A stretch of 64,000 bases of DNA, taken from assembly GCA_049583555.1 (NCBI GenBank), contig JBAUWA010000095.1, forward strand, positions 6,533 through 70,532. The letters are read 5' to 3'. Below are positions 31,416 through 40,847 of the stretch, piece by piece. Made by a program: the position numbers and the translations under genes. This DNA is from Candidatus Dormiibacterota bacterium. Lineage in GTDB: Bacteria > Chloroflexota > Dormibacteria > Aeolococcales > Bog-877. Within the stretch, counting starts at the first letter, position 1; every line of letters starts with the position of its first letter. The notes beneath the pieces are model-generated. The model saw only the letters and a list, made by a program, of their open reading frames with translations. It ran no database searches and was not told the origin of the DNA.

Positions 31416-32520
31416 CTCGATGGACCACCCACAGGTCCATCACCAGTCGCCATTGAGCCGGAATCTGGGTTGCCGGCCTGGCGAGGAAGCCCGAGGGGTC
31501 GACAAATATCGCCAGCGATCTAGTCCCGGGCGCGGAAGCGGCGGCAACCGTTGCCACCCACTCCTGGCCGGCATCGGGGGTGATCAGCACGACTCCGCCC
31601 CGCTGCCGCCAACCGGGCATCTCGCGTCGGACCAGCTCCGAGAACGGGATCAATCCATCGCTCCGAGCCGTCGCCAGATACTCCAGCAGAGTTCGATCTT
31701 GGAGTTCCCCCCGGCCTGCGGGGATCCGGCTCATCCTTCCGTCCGAAGCCGCCAGAGCCACCGCCCGTCCATGGCCGGCCGCGGCGTGAGCTACCGACGC
31801 CGCGAGGGTGAGCAGATAGTCGAGAGAGCTCTCGGGACCATCCCCGTGGAGGCTGGCGTGGCCCAGGTCGAGCAGTATCAGCAGGTCACTGGCGGGTTGG
31901 CTGAGAGCGGCCTGGGGCGGCCGCTGGGTCCTGGCTTTGGGCACCGGGCGCAGTCGTTGCGGCCCTCGAGGGGCCTTGATGTGAGGCCTGCCAAGAGGAG
32001 GACTGGACGGAGCCGCGGGGAGGCTTCGACAGGGCACCGAGACCAGGCTGGGGTAGACCACCAGGGTGTCGGTCCCCGGCAAGGTCACTCGCCTGGGGAA
32101 GAGTCCGAAGGGGTCGGCCACCCGTAGTTCGGTCGGCCCTAGCTCGTACCGCCCTCGGGAGTGGAGGCGACGAATGGAGTCCCAGGTCACGATCTGGCGC
32201 GGCGCCAGCGATACCACCCTAGGGGCTGCCGCACCGGGGAGTCGGGAGAGGTCGCGTACCTCCACCAGCCGAATCGGCAGGCCGGACCGGTTCTCCAGGG
32301 TGAAGCGCTCGACTAACTGCTGGCCGGCGATGCGGCCCCCTTCCGGCGATTCTCGAAATAACCGCAAATGGCGACCGCACCACCAACTCCAGATCGCCGC
32401 GAGGAGTGCCACCAGCACCGCCGAGTAGATCAGAACGAAGGCCCAAAGAAGGTTGTCTAGATAGGCTAGGCCGCCTGCTATTGCCAACAGCGCCAGCAGC
32501 CAGCCGCGACGGCCCGACAA
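31366..32520 (-). CDS. DUF58 (vWA-like) domain membrane protein
   Basis: N-terminal TM helices followed by a DUF58-type region (LLILLDLGHASLHGDGPESSLDYLLTLAASVAHAA...). No MoxR ATPase partner lies in the window. Confidence 0.6.
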   Translation of the reverse strand: MSGRRGWLLALLAIAGGLAYLDNLLWAFVLIYSAVLVALLAAIWSWWCGRHLRLFRESPEGGRIAGQQLVERFTLENRSGLPIRLVEVRDLSRLPGAAAPRVVSLAPRQIVTWDSIRRLHSRGRYELGPTELRVADPFGLFPRRVTLPGTDTLVVYPSLVSVPCRSLPAAPSSPPLGRPHIKAPRGPQRLRPVPKARTQRPPQAALSQPASDLLILLDLGHASLHGDGPESSLDYLLTLAASVAHAAAGHGRAVALAASDGRMSRIPAGRGELQDRTLLEYLATARSDGLIPFSELVRREMPGWRQRGGVVLITPDAGQEWVATVAAASAPGTRSLAIFVDPSGFLARPATQIPAQWRLVMDLWVVHRGDDLSRLDALHGQAVV

Positions 32521-32570
32521 CTCACGCCCGCGGGGGTGAGGTCGAAGATCGGGTCTCAGTCGCGGCCTGC

Positions 32571-32885
32571 TTAGAGCCGTTCGACCCGGCCGAGGTCCAG
32601 AACGAACACGGTCGCCCGTCCCACCTCCACCTCGACGTCTACCTCAGTTGCTCCCTGCTCGCCGTGGCCGCCCAGCTGCTCGTGGCGGGGTTTGCAGACC
32701 GATCGCAGGGTGGAGATAACCTCCTCGACCAGGTTGTCGTCGATGCCCATCAGCAGAAGCGAGTTGCGGCGCTGCAGGAAGCCGCCCTCGCTGTTGAGAC
32801 GGGTGACTCCGAATCCTCGTCCTCCCAGCACCTCGACCGCTCTGGTGGCGTCCTGCTCGTGAACTACCGCGACCGCCAGTTTCAA
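32571..32885 (-). CDS. darA: PII-like c-di-AMP receptor protein DarA/PstA (DUF970)
   Basis: 104-aa ORF. MKLAVAVVHEQDATRAVEVL...GGFLQRRNSLLLMGIDD aligns along its whole length with the DarA consensus (MKLIVAIVQDQD...GGFLREGNTTLLIGVED). Its TTG start overlaps the tmk stop (TTGA). Confidence 0.75.
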   Translation of the reverse strand: MKLAVAVVHEQDATRAVEVLGGRGFGVTRLNSEGGFLQRRNSLLLMGIDDNLVEEVISTLRSVCKPRHEQLGGHGEQGATEVDVEVEVGRATVFVLDLGRVERL

Positions 32886-33532
32886 GTAGCCCTCCTTGCT
32901 GCCAGCCGCTCTCGAGTGACCTTCCAGGAGGACTCGGCGAGCTCCTCAAGCGGAAGGTCGGCCGGGAGCACCACGATCCGCTCGGGGAATTTTGTGGCCA
33001 GTGCTAGGTACCCCTGGCGGACCCTCTCATGGTAGGTGGTTGGCTCAGCCTCCATCCGGTCCAGGGGCAGGGCGGGGTCCGAGCGTGCCTGGGCGCTGCC
33101 AACGGGGAGGTCCAGGACCAGGGTCAAGTCGGGCATCCGGTCAGCCCCAGCCAGTCTGTGGAGATCCAGCAGTAGCGCCTGGTCTAGACCTCGGCCCGCG
33201 CCTTGGTAGACCAGGGTGGAGTCGAGGTAACGGTCGGAGACCACTACTGCACCCTCGGCCAGCGCTGGTTCGATCACCTCGCGGAGCAACTGCACCCGGG
33301 CAGCCAGAAAGAGCGCAGCCTCGGCCAAAGGATGGGGGGGGGTGCTCTGCGACTGCTCAAGAAGCATGGTCCTGACCTGCTCTCCCACCCGGGTGGTGCC
33401 GGGGTCGCGCACCAGCGTGACCAGCTCACCCTGGCCCCTTAGTCGCTCAGCGAGCAGTCCCGCCTGGGTGGTCTTGCCGGAGCCGTCGACGCCTTCCACG
33501 CTGATGAAGAAACTCCGTCCCGACACCCCCAC
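32882..33532 (-). CDS. tmk: Thymidylate kinase Tmk
   Basis: P-loop EGVDGSGKTT, a DRY motif and the LID region. 216 aa. Confidence 0.9.
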   Translation of the reverse strand: MGVSGRSFFISVEGVDGSGKTTQAGLLAERLRGQGELVTLVRDPGTTRVGEQVRTMLLEQSQSTPPHPLAEAALFLAARVQLLREVIEPALAEGAVVVSDRYLDSTLVYQGAGRGLDQALLLDLHRLAGADRMPDLTLVLDLPVGSAQARSDPALPLDRMEAEPTTYHERVRQGYLALATKFPERIVVLPADLPLEELAESSWKVTRERLAARRAT

Positions 33533-33541
33533 CTGAGGTTC

Positions 33542-35059
33542 CTAGGAAGCCTGACTGGAGGGGTAGATCCGGAGCCGTCGTCGCGGCTCCTTGCCGGTGC
33601 TCCGGGCCACCAGCTCGCTCTGCTCGACCAATTGGTGCTGCAGGCGCCGCACGTAGGCGTTCTGGGGCGAGAGCTCCACCACCGTGCCCTGACGCGCCCG
33701 CTCGATGCCCTCCCTGACCTCACGGAGAGCGTCGTCAGTGGGGTCGGAGGGCTCGAGGTTGTATAGCTGCGCCAGAAAGCTGCGGACCTGCGCTACCGAG
33801 TTGCTCCGCAGGATGGTGATGGGGATGCCCTCAGACTCGGCGGCTCGAAGCGGTGAGTCGCGGCGGCGGTAGTAGTTCTTGAGAGTGACCACCAAGTCGG
33901 CATCGTCGACATGGTGCTGGATCCGCACTGGCACCTTGAGTTCGCGGATCGCCTGCTCCAGGTAGACCCGGGAGACGCCGTAAGGGAACAGTGAGGTCTC
34001 GGCTCCGGCCAGACCGTTGTGACCTTCTGAGAGATCGGCCAGCGTCACCGGCCGCCTAGGCTTGGCGAACGCGAACTCCTCTCCAAAGAGCTCACGCGAG
34101 CCGCGATCGTCGAATGGCGAAGGCTCCACCAGTCTGGTGGTGACTCCTCGCCCGGGGTGAGACTCGCGCAGCTGAGCCGGCCGGGGCCGCCCGCGCAGGG
34201 CGTCGTCGACGACGTCGGCCAGGGGCATGTGGACGGTGACCCGGTGGCGATCGACGATTTCCACCAAGGCGTCGAAGGTGGGCGGGGCCTTGCGCTCCAG
34301 AACCGACTTCTGGGTCCCCCGACGTCTGGCCTCCTCGTCTGAGAGGGTGACGGATTGAATCCCACCCAGGAGGTCGTTGAGGGTGGGGTTGACCAGAAGG
34401 TTGTCGAGGGTGTTGCCGTGGGCGGTGCCCACCAGTTGCACGCCGCGTTCGGCGATGGTCCGAGCCGCCGCCGCCTCCAGCTCGGTGCCGATCTCGTCGA
34501 TGACGATCACCTCGGGCATGTGGTTCTCCACTGCCTCGATCATCACCGCGTGCTGGAGCTCGGGCCGGGCCACCTGCATCCGCCGCGAGCGCCCGATCCC
34601 GGGGTGGGGAATGTCGCCATCGCCGGCGATCTCGTTGCTGGTATCCACCACCACCACCCGCTTTCGGCTCTCGTCGGCGAGGATGCGAGCTACCTCGCGC
34701 AGCATGGTCGTCTTGCCGACTCCGGGCTTGCCCAGCAGCAAGAGGCTCTGGCCGCTGATCACGATGTCGCGGATGATCTCGACCCGACCGGTGACAGCGC
34801 GACCTACCCGGCAGGTCAGGCCCACGATTTCGCCGGCGCGGTTGCGGATGGCACTGATCCGATGCAGGGTTCGCGCGATCCCGGCGCGGTTATCCCCACC
34901 GAAGTCGCCCACCCGGTCGGCCACGTAGGCGATGTCCTCCAGGCTGACCGGAGTGGGACTGAGGATCACCTCGCTGCCTTCGAAACGGGCCTCCGGCTCA
35001 CGCCCCAGGTCGAGCACGATCTCCAGCAGGTCACCCGACTCCTCGGGGAGCTTGCGCAC
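33542..35059 (-). CDS. AAA-type ATPase with nucleic-acid-binding (R3H-like) C-terminal region, SpoIIIAA/Ycf45-like
   Basis: Walker A (LLGKPGVGKTT) and Walker B (VIVIDEIG) motifs inside a SpoIIIAA-like ATPase core. It is followed by about 250 aa resembling the R3H/Jag-type region of Ycf45-family proteins. 505 aa. Confidence 0.5.
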   Translation of the reverse strand: MRKLPEESGDLLEIVLDLGREPEARFEGSEVILSPTPVSLEDIAYVADRVGDFGGDNRAGIARTLHRISAIRNRAGEIVGLTCRVGRAVTGRVEIIRDIVISGQSLLLLGKPGVGKTTMLREVARILADESRKRVVVVDTSNEIAGDGDIPHPGIGRSRRMQVARPELQHAVMIEAVENHMPEVIVIDEIGTELEAAAARTIAERGVQLVGTAHGNTLDNLLVNPTLNDLLGGIQSVTLSDEEARRRGTQKSVLERKAPPTFDALVEIVDRHRVTVHMPLADVVDDALRGRPRPAQLRESHPGRGVTTRLVEPSPFDDRGSRELFGEEFAFAKPRRPVTLADLSEGHNGLAGAETSLFPYGVSRVYLEQAIRELKVPVRIQHHVDDADLVVTLKNYYRRRDSPLRAAESEGIPITILRSNSVAQVRSFLAQLYNLEPSDPTDDALREVREGIERARQGTVVELSPQNAYVRRLQHQLVEQSELVARSTGKEPRRRLRIYPSSQAS

Positions 35060-35324
35060 CGCCTGGTAGAGGTGGCGCGGAAGCGTACTGATCAGAAGTT
35101 CCAGCTCCTCGGGAAACGAGGGGCCGAAAGCGGGGTCAGATGCCGTCAGAGTGCGGCCTCCAGTGGGTCACGGTGAGCGGTGTGCCCTGGGCCTGGTTGA
35201 GAGTCGCTTTAGCGCTCATGCCCTCCGGCGGCAGGCGCAGCGGCTCGGTAGTAAGCAACTCCAAGCCCGCCTGAAATCACAGCTGGAATATAGCGCAAGC
35301 CGATGCCACTTCGGCCCTTCGCAC

Positions 35325-36374
35325 TCAGGACCCGGTGTCCGAAGCGCCGCGGGCCTGGACTACGGGGACCACGCCGGCCAGGACTGCCTTCTTCTGCTCC
35401 GCCAGATGACGAGCCCAGAGCTTGAGCGGAAGATCGCGAGCCATCAGGATCTGGGTCGCCACCGGCTCGAATCCGCGCGCTGCGGCGGCCCGATGCAGCT
35501 CGGCGTCGTAGTGGCGCAGCAGGCACAGCGTCGGTCCCGGCGGCACCTGTCCCAGCAGGCCATGCAGAGCCTCGACCGCCAGCCCACCCTCTTGGGGATC
35601 GAGCATGAGGCTGATCAGACTCGGCCTGGCCCGCGAGGGGAGTCTGATCCCTGCCCAGGCCACGATGCCGCCGCTCTGGCGGATCACATAGTGGCGAGAG
35701 TCGCCGGTCCGTCCATCAAGCCGACCCAGCCAGCCCAGCTGAAAGGTCGCCTTCCACTGTGTGAAATTGGGCGCCTCGACCGCCGCCACGGCGTGCGGAG
35801 CGGTGCGCAGGTAGAGCAGATGGATCCCAGCCAGATCGTCTGGGCTTGCTGGAACCCAGGGCTCGGAGTGGTTGTCGGCCGGCTTGGGGAGCTCCCGAAA
35901 CCGGATCTGTTCGGTGGCGTAGGGCTGGAAACCCTGCTCGCGGAACATCGCCTGGAGCGGGTGATCCTCCGGAATCCTGACCAGGAATCGGGTGACCTTG
36001 CGCTCCAAGCCCTCGTTGACCAGATGCTGGAGCAGGGGCACGCCGGCAAAGTGACCTTCGGCGGTGTGGGCCAGGCAGAGGTTGAGGATTCGCCAGGCAC
36101 GCTTGCCTGGGGCTGTCTCGGCCTGGATGAAGCCGACGATCCGTCCCTGCTCCTCTGCCACGTACAGCTGGTCGCCGACGTCCGCCAGCGGCATCAGGGC
36201 CGAGAGGCTTCGGGTCAGGATCGACCAGGCCCGGGCCAGTGCCGGACCGGGCACGGGGCTCTGAGGCCCGGCGCTCTGCAGCCGCTGGTCGATCTCCTGC
36301 TCCATGACCATGCTGGCGCGATAGAGCTCGTCCACCTGGCTTAGGTCGCGATAACTGGCCGATCTGACCTGCAT
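35325..36374 (-). CDS. GNAT-family N-acetyltransferase (two GNAT-like halves)
   Basis: Acetyl-CoA binding-like segments (GRIVGFIQAE..., GGIVAWAGIRL...) in both halves. The start is taken at the internal Met (MQVRSASYRDLSQV). Specific function unknown. Confidence 0.45.
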   Translation of the reverse strand: MQVRSASYRDLSQVDELYRASMVMEQEIDQRLQSAGPQSPVPGPALARAWSILTRSLSALMPLADVGDQLYVAEEQGRIVGFIQAETAPGKRAWRILNLCLAHTAEGHFAGVPLLQHLVNEGLERKVTRFLVRIPEDHPLQAMFREQGFQPYATEQIRFRELPKPADNHSEPWVPASPDDLAGIHLLYLRTAPHAVAAVEAPNFTQWKATFQLGWLGRLDGRTGDSRHYVIRQSGGIVAWAGIRLPSRARPSLISLMLDPQEGGLAVEALHGLLGQVPPGPTLCLLRHYDAELHRAAAARGFEPVATQILMARDLPLKLWARHLAEQKKAVLAGVVPVVQARGASDTGS

Positions 36375-36474
36375 GACTTCAGTTTGACTCGCTCGACCGA
36401 TTGCTGCAGCCGGCACGCGTTGAGATCGTCACCGGGAGACGCGGGCAAGCGGCGGGGAACCGGACCCCGTTACC

Positions 36475-37110
36475 TTGCGTCGTCTAGTTGCGATGGTGCG
36501 TCCCGACTACAACCGCCGATTTCAGCGCCTCGCATTGGCTGTGGTCGCACTGTCCATCCTGGCTCTGATCTGCTCCGCATGTGGGGGGTCGTCGGACCCC
36601 TGGCATCTCTCCCGCGGCGGGCCATACATTCGAGTCCTTGCGAGCGGGAGCTGCCCGAGCTCGCTGGGGCCGGCGCGCGACGTACGCAATCTCGGAGCCT
36701 GGCGCCTCAGCGAGCTGGTTCCTGCGTCGCCTATAGCCGGCCTGATCTGCCGGTACGCATATGCCACGCCAGGGAGCGGCAGCGTGGTGCCAGCCGCATG
36801 GCCATCGCTTTATCGCCAGGTTCGACTCGCTGCAGCCGAGGCCTCCAAACTGGCCGGCGTCATAGGTGAGGTCAGCACCAAGGCCCCGGTAGGCGTCTTC
36901 CACTGCCCCGCCGGATGGGATACGGCCACCGTGATCGCTTTCTCCTATCGGAGCCGGACCGACGCGGACCTCTGGTACTACGACAGCGGCTGCCAGACCC
37001 TGGACAACGGAAGGATCGGCGCCTTCCAGGGCGGCAACCCCTCTTTCTATCTCCGCTTCGTTCCCCTGGTCGACCGGTTGGCGCCCCAGACGGAGCTCCC
37101 GCCGAGCTGA
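36475..37110 (+). CDS. Secreted/lipoprotein candidate (hypothetical)
   Basis: N-terminal signal peptide (RRFQRLALAVVALSILALICSACGG) with Cys residues near the cleavage region. No recognisable domain. The base composition is slightly lower in GC than neighbouring genes. Confidence 0.45.
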   Translation: MRRLVAMVRPDYNRRFQRLALAVVALSILALICSACGGSSDPWHLSRGGPYIRVLASGSCPSSLGPARDVRNLGAWRLSELVPASPIAGLICRYAYATPGSGSVVPAAWPSLYRQVRLAAAEASKLAGVIGEVSTKAPVGVFHCPAGWDTATVIAFSYRSRTDADLWYYDSGCQTLDNGRIGAFQGGNPSFYLRFVPLVDRLAPQTELPPS

Positions 37111-37120
37111 CCGGGTACGG

Positions 37121-37699
37121 TCAAAGGCCGGCCAGGAAGAGCTGGTGCAGGCGAGGATCTCCGGTGATCTCGGGGTGAAAGATCAGGCTGAGGTGACGAC
37201 CCTGCCGGACCGCCGCGGGCTGACCCTCGTACGTTGCCAGCACCTCGACCTCCTCGCCCACCTCCTCGATGGCAGGGGCGCGGATCAGTGCCACCAGAAT
37301 CGGCTCGGGTCCGATGGCAGGCACGTCGAGCTCTATCTCGCCCGATCTCAGTTGACGACCGAACGCGTTGCGCCGCACCACGATATCCAGGATCCCTAGA
37401 GAAACCTGGCCCGGCAGACCGTCCCTGATCGTTCTGGCGACCAGGATGGTGCCGGCGCAAGTTGTCAGCGAGGCGGTCCCATTCTCAAGGGCCTCTCGGA
37501 GGGGCTCGAGCAGGTGGAAGCGCTCCATGAGGCTGCTCATGGTCGTGCTCTCGCCACCGGGAATCACCAGCCCCTGCAGGCCTTGGATCTCGTCTGGCAA
37601 TCGGACTGGACGGGCGTCGGCGCCGCAGGATTCGAGCAGGCGCAGGTGCTCGCGTACGTCGCCCTGAAGGGCCAGGACCCCGACTTTTGGAGATGCCAT
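37121..37699 (-). CDS. pdxT: Pyridoxal 5'-phosphate synthase glutaminase subunit PdxT
   Basis: Class I GATase with the catalytic Cys (GTCAG) and a C-terminal His/Glu. 192 aa. Sits directly downstream of pdxS. Confidence 0.9.
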   Translation of the reverse strand: MASPKVGVLALQGDVREHLRLLESCGADARPVRLPDEIQGLQGLVIPGGESTTMSSLMERFHLLEPLREALENGTASLTTCAGTILVARTIRDGLPGQVSLGILDIVVRRNAFGRQLRSGEIELDVPAIGPEPILVALIRAPAIEEVGEEVEVLATYEGQPAAVRQGRHLSLIFHPEITGDPRLHQLFLAGL

Positions 37700-37716
37700 C
37701 GCAGCTCGGCTTGGGG

Positions 37717-38616
37717 TCAGATGCCTCTGGCGGCCAGGAGCTCTTCTTGGCGCAGGCTCGACACTCCGATCCCCACCATCGGCTCCCCCAAATCCTCGCT
37801 GACCTCGGCGAGGATGTCGGGCTTGTCGAAGTAGGTGGTGGCCGCCACGATCGCCTTGGCCCGACGCAGCGGATCGCCGCTCTTAAAGATGCCGCTGCCC
37901 ACGAAGTTGCCGTCGCACCCGAGCTGCATCATCAGGGCAGCATCCGCCGGGGTGGCCAGTCCACCTGCGGAGAAGTTGACGACCGGAAGGCGCCCTAACT
38001 CCGCTGTTTCTCGCACCAGTTCCAACGAGGCACCCAGCTCCTTGGCGGCGCTTGCTAGCTCATCCGGACGGAGCGACTGCAACCGTCGAATTCCCTTGCT
38101 CACTGCCCGCATATGGCGCACTGCCTCGACCACATCCCCAGTCCCTGCCTCGCCCTTGGTGCGGATCATGGCCGCTCCCTCGGAGATGCGGCGGAGCGCT
38201 TCGCCGAGGTCCCGGGCACCGCAGACGAACGGCACCTTGAATTGCCATTTGTCGACGTGATGTTCCTCGTCAGCCGGGGTTAGCACCTCCGACTCGTCGA
38301 TGTAGTCAACTCCCAAGGCTTCCAGAATCTGCGCCTCGGCGAAGTGGCCGATGCGACATTTGGCCATCACCGGGATCGACACCGAGGCCATGATCGCCTT
38401 GATCAGCTTGGGGTCACTCATACGCGCCACGCCGCCTTGCGCGCGAATGTCGGCGGGAACCCTCTCCAGCGCCATCACCGCCACGGCGCCCGCTTCCTGC
38501 GCGATCTCCGCGTGCTCGGGAGTGACGACGTCCATGATCACGCCGCCCTTGAGCATCTCCGCGAGACCGCGCTTGACCCGGGCGGTTCCGGTCTGGATAT
38601 GTCCGTTCTGGCTCAT
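37717..38616 (-). CDS. pdxS: Pyridoxal 5'-phosphate synthase lyase subunit PdxS
   Basis: Highly conserved PdxS/SNZ sequence ([48 protein letters not shown]). 299 aa. Confidence 0.95.
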   Translation of the reverse strand: MSQNGHIQTGTARVKRGLAEMLKGGVIMDVVTPEHAEIAQEAGAVAVMALERVPADIRAQGGVARMSDPKLIKAIMASVSIPVMAKCRIGHFAEAQILEALGVDYIDESEVLTPADEEHHVDKWQFKVPFVCGARDLGEALRRISEGAAMIRTKGEAGTGDVVEAVRHMRAVSKGIRRLQSLRPDELASAAKELGASLELVRETAELGRLPVVNFSAGGLATPADAALMMQLGCDGNFVGSGIFKSGDPLRRAKAIVAATTYFDKPDILAEVSEDLGEPMVGIGVSSLRQEELLAARGI

Positions 38617-38879
38617 TGCTTTACCTGCGTATGAATTGCCCGGGCTCGCTCTCAGCGATCCTCAAGCGCAGTTCGATTCTAGTCCCCGCTGAGTGCCGCT
38701 CCGCCAAGGTCGCGATCCCCGCGACCAAAGTGGTTTGTCTTCTTCTGCTTGCTGGGGATATCAAGAGGCGCGGGCTGGCAGGCCCCGCCTCTTGATTGGA
38801 CTGTCGATGTTGGAGCCTCCTCATTCGTCGTATATAGAGAAGGGGTCAGCTACCCCCAAAGCGCCATTGAGGAGCGGGC

Positions 38880-39200
38880 TTGAAGTACATGCTGATCTTC
38901 GCGGGTGACGGCGACAACAACGACGAGAAGGTGATGGAGGGAGTGGGAGCTTGGTGGGGTAAATACAGCCAGTCCGGTGCGATCGTGGGCGGTGAGCGGT
39001 TGCAACCCGCTTCCCGCGCCACCACCGTCCGTTTTGACGGCGGCGCACCGAGCATCGTCGACGGCCCCTTCGCCGAGACCAAGGAGATCATCGGAGGCTA
39101 CGCGATCGTCGAGGTACCTGACCTCGATGCCGCCCTGGAGATGGCGAAGACCTGGCCCGCCAGCGCTGCGGTAGAGATCAGACCGGTCTGGGTGGACTGA
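38880..39200 (+). CDS. YCII-related / DGPF domain protein
   Basis: 106 aa with GPFAETKEIIGGYAIVEVPDLDAALEMAK, typical of DGPF/YciI-like proteins. Sits immediately upstream of an ECF sigma factor, the common pairing. Confidence 0.65.
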   Translation: MKYMLIFAGDGDNNDEKVMEGVGAWWGKYSQSGAIVGGERLQPASRATTVRFDGGAPSIVDGPFAETKEIIGGYAIVEVPDLDAALEMAKTWPASAAVEIRPVWVD

Positions 39201-39265
39201 AGCTCGGGCCCGGCGCAGCGATCGAGGCCGTCCTCGGCGAGGTCTTCCGAGAGGAGGCCGGCCGA

Positions 39266-40411
39266 GTGACAGCCTCGCTGATGCGTCGCTATGGCAACTT
39301 CGAACTGGCCGAGGACAGCACCCAGGAGGCCTGCGTCGAAGCGCTGAGGTCATGGCCGGCGAAGGGAATTCCCTCTCGCCCTGGGGCCTGGTTGCGAACG
39401 GTGGCCGAGCGTCGGGCTCTGGACCGTCTGCGCCGGGACCAGCGCTTCGCCGCCAAGGTCGGTGGGTTGCCCTTCACCGGACCCGAGTCCGGCGATGACC
39501 GCCTCAGCCTCATGTTCGCCTGCTGCCACCCCGCGCTATCGCGCGACGCCCAGGTGGCGCTTACCCTGCGCACGGTCGCCGGCCTCACCACCGCTCAAAT
39601 CGCCCGCGCCTTCCTCAGCTCAGAGGCCAGCGTCGCCCAGCGGATCACACGGGCCAAGCGCAAGATAGTCGACGCTGCCATCCCCTTCCGGATGCCAGCG
39701 CCCGCCGACCTTGAGGAGCGGGTTGCCGAGGTCCTCTCCGTCCTCTATCTGATGTTCAACGAGGGATACCTGGCCAGCGGCTGGGAGACGTCGCGGGATC
39801 GGTCACTGGCGGAGGACGCCACCTGGCTGGCGGGCCTGGTGGCGCAGGTGCTTCCCGCACAGGCGGAAGTGCTGGGGCTGCTGGCTCTGTTCAAGCTCCA
39901 GCTGGCCAGAATGGGGAGTCGGTTCACCGACGATGGCTCGATGGTGATGCTGGCGGACCAGGAGCGGTCGCAGTGGGACCACGATGCCATCCGCGAGGCG
40001 ACCAATCTATTGGAGCGGGCGGCGTCGTTAGACCGACCCGGCCCCTATCAACTGCAGGCGGCAATCGCCTCCTGCCACGCGACTGCAGCGTCGTGGTCGG
40101 CCACTGACTGGCGGCTTTTGGTCCGGCTCTACGATCGCCTAGTCCAGCTCCAGCCATCTCCGGTGGTCAGGCTCAACCGAGCGGTCGCGCTGTGGCACGT
40201 TGCTGGTGCAGAGGTGGCGCTGAGCGAGACTGAGGCGCTCATTCCAGATCTTCAGCGCTACCATCTGCTGCACAGCACACGCGCTGAATTGTTGCGAGAA
40301 CTTGGCCGGGAAAACGAAGCGCAAGCGGCATGGATCCTTGCTCTGACGCTCACACTAAATCCTGCCGAGCGTCGTCACATACGAGCCCGTGCCAAGGCCG
40401 CCGGAACGTAA
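39266..40411 (+). CDS. ECF-type RNA polymerase sigma factor with extended C-terminal domain
   Basis: Sigma-70 region 2 (TQEACVEALRSWP) and region 4 (LTTAQIARAFLSSEASVAQRITRAKRKI), followed by about 200 aa of helical extension. This matches the DGPF-associated sigma-factor class. Confidence 0.8.
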   Translation: MTASLMRRYGNFELAEDSTQEACVEALRSWPAKGIPSRPGAWLRTVAERRALDRLRRDQRFAAKVGGLPFTGPESGDDRLSLMFACCHPALSRDAQVALTLRTVAGLTTAQIARAFLSSEASVAQRITRAKRKIVDAAIPFRMPAPADLEERVAEVLSVLYLMFNEGYLASGWETSRDRSLAEDATWLAGLVAQVLPAQAEVLGLLALFKLQLARMGSRFTDDGSMVMLADQERSQWDHDAIREATNLLERAASLDRPGPYQLQAAIASCHATAASWSATDWRLLVRLYDRLVQLQPSPVVRLNRAVALWHVAGAEVALSETEALIPDLQRYHLLHSTRAELLRELGRENEAQAAWILALTLTLNPAERRHIRARAKAAGT

Positions 40412-40510
40412 TCTCTATCGACCCGGTGCGGCAGGTCGCTAAAGAAGCAGTGCCGTCGACGCTCGTGGATCGGCCGCCCCCGTGTTGGGAGTGCGTTAGG
40501 CTGCTTTCGA

Positions 40511-40585
40511 GCCGCCATGGCGCAGTGGTAGCGCAGGGGCCTTTTAAGCCCAGGGTCGCAGGTTCGAATCCTGCTGGCGGCACCA
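40511..40585 (+). tRNA. tRNA-Lys (anticodon UUU), CCA encoded
   Basis: Manual fold: 7-bp acceptor stem (GCCGCCA/TGGCGGC), D-arm GCGC/GCGC, anticodon loop CTTTTAA, T-arm GCAGG-TTCGAAT-CCTGC (identical to the E. coli tRNA-Lys T-arm), discriminator A, then CCA. One G-A mismatch at anticodon-stem pair 27-43. Confidence 0.9.
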
Positions 40586-40847
40586 ACGCGACTCCTGCAG
40601 CGGCGCCCGCGCCGGGACCCCGCATCAGCGTCGGGAAGTGCTGGTCTCTCCAGTCAGTGCGACTGTATGCCTCAGTGCGCCTAGAAGCGCAGCAGGTAGG
40701 CCGAACTATGATCTGGGTGATGCGAAGTTCACCCGCTAAGGGCCTGGTGGACGCCGCACTAGCCACCTGTCATAGAGAGTTGGCCGCCGGCTCGATCGCT
40801 GTGGAGGGAGAGCTCGGCCGGCGCGGAGGCGAGTCCTCGACACCAAC

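Noticed and set aside
35060-35324. Minus-strand ORF 35209-35526 and plus-strand ORF 35151-36344 around the GNAT gene.
   Set aside because: They overlap the GNAT-family CDS in other frames. Products are Ala/Arg/Gly-rich low complexity with no motifs.
40586-40847. tRNA-Lys as an integration site for a genomic island.
   Set aside because: Downstream genes are a metabolic operon with native codon usage. There is no integrase, no direct repeat of the tRNA 3' end, and no compositional shift.
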